Source: an uncultured Lentisphaeria bacterium (GTDB taxonomy: Bacteria > Fidelibacterota > UBA8477). From it: a DNA stretch of 64,000 nucleotides. Where the stretch lies: assembly GCA_964543125.1 (NCBI GenBank), contig CAZIWX010000002.1, positions 26 through 64,025 of the forward strand, written 5' to 3'. The notes beneath the pieces were generated by a model. That model ran no database searches, was not told the origin of the DNA, and saw nothing but the letters and a program-made list of their open reading frames with translations. Below, piece by piece: positions 59,458-64,000 of this stretch. Made by a program: the position numbers and the translations under genes. Each line of letters starts with the position of its first letter. The first letter of the stretch is position 1.

Positions 59458-60651
59458 ATGGCAAAGCAAAAATATGAACGAACGAAGCCACATGTAAATG
59501 TAGGTACGATCGGCCATGTAGATCATGGTAAGACGACCTTAACGGCCGCCATCACAGCGGTTTTGGCGCGCAAGGGAGGAGCGGCGTTCCGATCGTTCGA
59601 CAGTATTGACAATGCCCCGGAAGAGCGAGAGCGCGGCATAACGATAGCCACGGCGCATGTTGAGTATGAGACGGACAAGCGTCACTATGCGCATGTGGAC
59701 TGTCCGGGACACGCGGACTACATCAAGAACATGATCACCGGGGCGGCTCAGATGGACGGAGCGATACTGGTGGTATCGGCGGCGGATGGCGCCATGCCGC
59801 AGACACGTGAGCATGTATTGTTGGCCAAGCAGGTGAATGTACCGGCGATTGTGGTTTACATGAATAAGGTCGACATGGTGGATGATCCGGAGTTGCTGGA
59901 TTTGGTTGAGATGGAGCTGCGTGAGCTGCTGAGTGAATATGATTTTCCCGGAGACGATGTTCCGGTGATTCGTGGCTCGGCGCTGGAAGCCTTGACGAAC
60001 TCGGAAGATGAAGAGAAGACCAAGAGCATCATGGAGTTGATGGATGCGGTTGATAATTTCATTCCGGAACCGAAGCGAGATGTTGACAAGCCCTTTTTGA
60101 TGCCGGTAGAGGATGTATTCTCCATCACGGGTCGAGGCACGGTAGGAACGGGTCGTATCGAGCGCGGAGTAGTGAAGGTGGGGGAAGAGGTCGAGATCAT
60201 TGGACTGACCACGGAGAAGAAGAAGACGGTAGTGACGGGCGTTGAGATGTTCCGCAAGCTGTTGGATTCAGGCCAGGCGGGTGACAATGTTGGATTATTG
60301 TTGCGCGGGATAGACAAGGATTGGCTGAAGCGGGGCATGGTGTGCGCCAAACCGGGTTCAGTGACTCCGCATACGAAATTCAAGTGTAAGGTATATATCC
60401 TGAAGAAGGAAGAGGGTGGCCGTCATACGCCGTTTTTCAATGGATATCGTCCCCAGTTTTATATCCGGACAACGGATGTTACCGGTGTATGTACACTTCC
60501 GGAAGGGTCGGAGATGGTGATGCCGGGTGACAATGTAGGCTTGTCGGTGGAGTTGATCTATCCGGTGGCTTTGGAAAAAGAGATGCGTTTTGCTATCCGC
60601 GAGGGTGGTCATACGGTTGGCGCCGGCGTCGTAACCGATATTATCGAGTAA
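59458..60651 (+). CDS. tuf: Elongation factor Tu (copy 2, identical translation to copy 1)
   Basis: The 397-aa translation is identical to the copy at 43861-45054. The antisense-frame ORFs inside it are also identical, which implies nucleotide-level identity. Confidence 0.97.
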   Translation: MAKQKYERTKPHVNVGTIGHVDHGKTTLTAAITAVLARKGGAAFRSFDSIDNAPEERERGITIATAHVEYETDKRHYAHVDCPGHADYIKNMITGAAQMDGAILVVSAADGAMPQTREHVLLAKQVNVPAIVVYMNKVDMVDDPELLDLVEMELRELLSEYDFPGDDVPVIRGSALEALTNSEDEEKTKSIMELMDAVDNFIPEPKRDVDKPFLMPVEDVFSITGRGTVGTGRIERGVVKVGEEVEIIGLTTEKKKTVVTGVEMFRKLLDSGQAGDNVGLLLRGIDKDWLKRGMVCAKPGSVTPHTKFKCKVYILKKEEGGRHTPFFNGYRPQFYIRTTDVTGVCTLPEGSEMVMPGDNVGLSVELIYPVALEKEMRFAIREGGHTVGAGVVTDIIE

Positions 60652-60667
60652 GGTTAGAGGTTAAAAC

Positions 60668-60976
60668 ATGTCCTCTCAGACGATACGGATCAGCTTAAAA
60701 GCATACGATCATAACTTGTTGGACAAGTCCACCGCCAAGATCGTTCAGACGGCTAAATCTACCGGTGCGGTTATATCGGGTCCAATTCCTATGCCCTCCA
60801 AACGCTCAATCGTGACGGTGCTGCGTTCCCCGCATGTGAATAAGAAATCACGGGAGCAGTTTCAAACCAAGATTCATAAGCGACTCGTTGATATTCATAA
60901 TTCTTCACCCAAAACGGTTGATGCTCTCATGAAATTGGATCTGCCGGCCGGCGTGGATATTGAGATAAAGGTATAA
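60668..60976 (+). CDS. rpsJ: 30S ribosomal protein S10
   Basis: 102 aa. The translation begins [16 protein letters not shown]. Confidence 0.95.
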   Translation: MSSQTIRISLKAYDHNLLDKSTAKIVQTAKSTGAVISGPIPMPSKRSIVTVLRSPHVNKKSREQFQTKIHKRLVDIHNSSPKTVDALMKLDLPAGVDIEIKV

Positions 60977-60987
60977 TTGGTACGATT

Positions 60988-61605
60988 ATGCAGGGTTTAA
61001 TTGGACAAAAAGTGGGAATGACCCAGCTCTGGACGGAGGACGGCCGGATTGCTCCGGTTAGTGTAATTCAGGCCGGCCCATGCGTCATCACCCAAGTAAA
61101 AACGATTGATATGGATGGCTACGAGGCGGTTCAGTTGGGATTTCAGGATCTGAAAGCTCATAAAATCAATAAACCGATTGCAGGACATTTTGCCCGGACC
61201 GGTGCAACCCCCAAACGGTTTTTAAAAGAATTCAGAGAAATGACTGTGGGTGATAAAAAAGCCGGTGATGATTTGACCGTTGAGATTTTTCAGGTGGGTG
61301 ACCGGGTTACGGTGACTGGAAAGTCGAAGGGCCGTGGATTTACGGGTGTAATGAAACGGCATAATTTCAAGGGCGGTCATCGCTCCCACGGTAAATCCGA
61401 CCAGCTTCGTAAAGCTGGTTCCATCGGCGCCAGTTCGGATCCATCACGGGTCATGCCTGGAATGAAAATGGCTGGCCGTAGTGGTAATTCCCGGGTCACG
61501 GTAAAGAACTTGGAAATTGCCCGCGTTGATGTTGAGAAAAATTTAATCATGATAAAAGGCGCCATTCCGGGACCGACAAACGGATTGGTATACATTACCA
61601 AATAG
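60988..61605 (+). CDS. rplC: 50S ribosomal protein L3
   Basis: 205 aa. The translation begins MQGLIGQKVGMTQLW. Confidence 0.95.
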   Translation: MQGLIGQKVGMTQLWTEDGRIAPVSVIQAGPCVITQVKTIDMDGYEAVQLGFQDLKAHKINKPIAGHFARTGATPKRFLKEFREMTVGDKKAGDDLTVEIFQVGDRVTVTGKSKGRGFTGVMKRHNFKGGHRSHGKSDQLRKAGSIGASSDPSRVMPGMKMAGRSGNSRVTVKNLEIARVDVEKNLIMIKGAIPGPTNGLVYITK

Positions 61606-61615
61606 GCCTCATACG

Positions 61616-62245
61616 ATGAAATTTGATATTTATACAGCAGCAGGCAAACAAACCCAAAAGACAGTCGAAGGTTTCGACAGTGTATTTGGCGTGACACCGA
61701 ATAAACATACGGTCTATATGGCTGTAAAGTCGGAGATGGCTCACTTGCGTCAGGGTAACGCCAAAACCAAAACGCGGGCCGAAGTTTCAGGTGGTGGCCG
61801 GAAACCCTGGAAGCAGAAAGGCCGCGGCACTGCCCGCTCCGGTTCAAACCGCTCACCAATTTGGGTCGGCGGTGGCCGGGCTTTTGGTCCGGAACCGCAT
61901 CTTTACAATGTTCGTGTGAATAAAAAGGTAAAGCAGAATGCCCGCCGCTCTATATTGTCTGATAAAGTCAGTAATGGAGCGCTGAAAGTGGTGGAGAAGT
62001 TTGATATTTCCACACCTAAGACCAAACTGTTTATCGAGATGCTAGCGGCGCTTGAGATCCAGGATAAAAAAGTTTTGTTTCTAATCTCCGAATGGAATGA
62101 CGAGTTCTATCTCGCCGGCCGCAATCTGCATACGGTAGCGATGGTGGAGACAGCCTATGCCTCCGCCTACGATTTGATCGACAATGAAGTCATCGTCATG
62201 GATGAAGCTTCAGTTAATATTATTAATGCTCAATTAGGCATTTAA
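61616..62245 (+). CDS. rplD: 50S ribosomal protein L4
   Basis: 209 aa, in the conserved S10-operon position. Confidence 0.93.
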   Translation: MKFDIYTAAGKQTQKTVEGFDSVFGVTPNKHTVYMAVKSEMAHLRQGNAKTKTRAEVSGGGRKPWKQKGRGTARSGSNRSPIWVGGGRAFGPEPHLYNVRVNKKVKQNARRSILSDKVSNGALKVVEKFDISTPKTKLFIEMLAALEIQDKKVLFLISEWNDEFYLAGRNLHTVAMVETAYASAYDLIDNEVIVMDEASVNIINAQLGI

Positions 62246-62258
62246 CGAGGTTTTACTT

Positions 62259-62576
62259 ATGTCCAAAGACATCATCCTACGCCCCTTGCTCTCTGAAAAA
62301 ATGAGTGCTCTTGAGGAATCCCAGCATAAGTATGCCTTCATCGTACGCCGGGATGCGAATAAGTTGCAAGTGAAAGCAGCGGTTGAAAATCGATTTGATG
62401 TACAAGTCACGAAAGTGGCTACCATAAGCGTAAAGGGCAAAATTAAAAAACAAACCATGCGCAGTGGCGGACACGTTATTCGTACCGAAGGCCGCCGGTC
62501 CAATTTAAAGAAAGCAATCGTGACCCTGAAAGAGGGTCAGACAATTGATCTGCTCCGCGGTGAACAAGCGATTTAA
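62259..62576 (+). CDS. rplW: 50S ribosomal protein L23
   Basis: 105 aa, in the conserved position. Confidence 0.9.
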   Translation: MSKDIILRPLLSEKMSALEESQHKYAFIVRRDANKLQVKAAVENRFDVQVTKVATISVKGKIKKQTMRSGGHVIRTEGRRSNLKKAIVTLKEGQTIDLLRGEQAI

Positions 62577-62585
62577 CCAACAGGA

Positions 62586-63419
62586 TTGATAATGGCTATT
62601 AGGACCTATAAACCGACAACTCCGAGCCAGCGTTATAAAACAACGTTGGTAAATGAGGAAATAACCAGTACAACTCCTGAAAAATCGTTGCTGGCGCCGC
62701 TACATAAAAAGGGTGGTCGTAACAACCAGGGCCGAATTACCATGCGCCGCCGCGGAGGTGGTCATAAACGACATTATCGAATTATCGATTTCAAACGTGA
62801 TAAATGGGATATCCCCGGTAAAGTGGCTAGTATTGAATACGATCCGAATCGATCTGCCAATATTGCCTTGATCCATTATGTGGATGGCGAAAAACGTTAT
62901 ATCCTTGCTCCTAATAAATTGAAAGTGGGCGATACGATATTGTCGGCGGATCAGGCGCCTATTTACCCGGGCAATGTATTACCGCTGGACAAAATCCCCG
63001 CCGGTACCGTGGTTCATAATGTTGAATTGAAGCCAGGTAAGGGTGGACAGATGGTTCGTGCAGCCGGTACGGGTGCCCAGATTATGGCTAAAGAGGGTGA
63101 TTATGTAACCCTTAAATTGCCATCGGGTGAGATGCGTCTGGTGCACCGGCGCTGCTTTGCCACCATCGGTGAAGTGGGCAATCGGGATTACGAAAATATT
63201 TCCATCGGTAAAGCTGGTCGTTCCCGTTGGCGGGGTCATCGGCCTAAGGTTCGGGGCGTTGCCATGAATCCCGTTGACCATCCCATGGGGGGGGGTGAGG
63301 GCAAATCTTCGGGTGGTCGTCATCCGGTATCTCCCTGGGGTCAACCCTCCAAGGGTTACAAAACGCGGAAAAAGAATAAACCGTCTAATAAATATATTGT
63401 TTCCCGTAGGAAGAAGTAG
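62586..63419 (+). CDS. rplB: 50S ribosomal protein L2
   Basis: 277 aa. Conserved L2 motifs are present (GGGHKRHYR; [13 protein letters not shown]). Confidence 0.97.
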   Translation: MIMAIRTYKPTTPSQRYKTTLVNEEITSTTPEKSLLAPLHKKGGRNNQGRITMRRRGGGHKRHYRIIDFKRDKWDIPGKVASIEYDPNRSANIALIHYVDGEKRYILAPNKLKVGDTILSADQAPIYPGNVLPLDKIPAGTVVHNVELKPGKGGQMVRAAGTGAQIMAKEGDYVTLKLPSGEMRLVHRRCFATIGEVGNRDYENISIGKAGRSRWRGHRPKVRGVAMNPVDHPMGGGEGKSSGGRHPVSPWGQPSKGYKTRKKNKPSNKYIVSRRKK

Positions 63420-63427
63420 GATTAGCT

Positions 63428-63703
63428 ATGCCAAGATCCGTAAAAAAGGGCCCCTTTGTCGATCCTAAACTTGAAAAAAAGGTGGATGTGGCCTCTAACA
63501 GCGAAAAACGGGTTGTGATTAAAACCTGGTCGCGCCGCTCAACCATTACACCAGACTTTGTAGGGATGACTTTTGCAGTGCATAACGGGAAAAAATTTAT
63601 CCCCGTATTCGTTACGGAAAACATGGTAGGACACAAGTTAGGCGAATTTTCGCCCACACGCACCTACCGTGGCCATGCCGGTGACAAAGCGAAGAAGAGG
63701 TAA
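63428..63703 (+). CDS. rpsS: 30S ribosomal protein S19
   Basis: 91 aa. The translation begins [12 protein letters not shown]... and contains HNGKKFIPV. Confidence 0.95.
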   Translation: MPRSVKKGPFVDPKLEKKVDVASNSEKRVVIKTWSRRSTITPDFVGMTFAVHNGKKFIPVFVTENMVGHKLGEFSPTRTYRGHAGDKAKKR

Positions 63704-63711
63704 TCGAGATT

Positions 63712-64000
63712 ATGCAAGCAACAGCCAAAGCACGGTTTATCCGTCAGTCACCCCGAAAAGTGCGTCAGGTATTAGACTTGGTGCGGGGAAAGCAAGTTGA
63801 AAAAGCGCTGAACACGTTGCATTTCATGCCCAAGAAGGCTGCCCGGGTTATTGAAAAAACGATCCATAGCGCAGTTGCCAATGCGGTCAATCGTGATGGT
63901 GCGAAGGTGAATGCGGATGATTTATTCGTGCATGCGGCCTTTTGCGATGAAGGTCCGCGGTGGCGCCGGTTTAAAGCCCGAGCGCAAGGACGCGTGAATG
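63712..64000 (+). CDS. rplV: 50S ribosomal protein L22; 3' end is truncated by the window edge
   Basis: The ATG at 63712 gives MQATAKARFIRQSPRKVRQVLDLVRGKQVEKALNTLHFMPKKAA... The reading frame is still open at the last base of the window. Confidence 0.85.
   Translation, partial: MQATAKARFIRQSPRKVRQVLDLVRGKQVEKALNTLHFMPKKAARVIEKTIHSAVANAVNRDGAKVNADDLFVHAAFCDEGPRWRRFKARAQGRVN

Noticed and set aside
1-64000. Scan for CRISPR arrays, transposase or integrase genes, or restriction-modification, toxin-antitoxin or other defence modules
   Set aside because: None was found. There are no regularly spaced direct repeats with unique spacers, no DDE, serine or tyrosine recombinase motifs, and no small paired ORFs typical of TA systems. 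The only large exact repeat is the tuf duplication.

Overview
This is a bacterial chromosomal window of about 50% GC, with genes densely packed on both strands. From roughly 43.3 kb to the end there is one uninterrupted translation/transcription macro-cluster. It runs tRNA-Thr/Tyr/Gly/Thr, tuf, rpmG, tRNA-Trp, secE, nusG, rplK, rplA, rplJ, rplL, rpoB, rpoC, rpsL, rpsG, fusA, a second tuf, then rpsJ-rplC-rplD-rplW-rplB-rpsS-rplV, truncated by the window end. The two tuf copies give identical protein translations, and the antisense-frame ORFs inside them are also identical, so about 1.2 kb appears duplicated at the nucleotide level 15,597 bp apart. The first 43 kb is more accessory. It starts with a 5'-truncated patatin-like gene, DsbD, and two secreted or surface metallopeptidases. 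One is an M1 peptidase with a long beta-rich C-terminal extension. The other is an M14 carboxypeptidase with a MAM-like domain and two dockerin repeats. A minus-strand cluster follows: TetR, an MMPL/COG1033 RND-type exporter, a LolA-like protein, a DUF1302-like outer-membrane barrel, a second MMPL paralog, a small membrane protein and an unknown 305-aa protein. Next come a TrmB-family regulator, gap, pyk, a GH57 glucanotransferase/amylase and an alpha-glucan phosphorylase. After these is a solitary lipoprotein multiheme c-type cytochrome with nine CXXCH motifs and its own intrinsic terminator, then pheA, a GDPD-like membrane protein, a VanX-like M15 dipeptidase, and an Omp85-like barrel. A compact atu-like module follows: an acyl-CoA carboxyltransferase beta subunit, a split AtuA (DUF1446 plus DUF4387) and an enoyl-CoA hydratase. 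Then come PAP2, lgt, a ZIP-like/permease fusion membrane protein, ddl and cysS. I found no CRISPR array, no transposase or integrase, and no obvious toxin-antitoxin pair. Several candidate sigma70-like promoters, terminators and short tandem or paired repeat elements are listed. All functional calls rest on recognisable motifs in the translations; no database search was possible.
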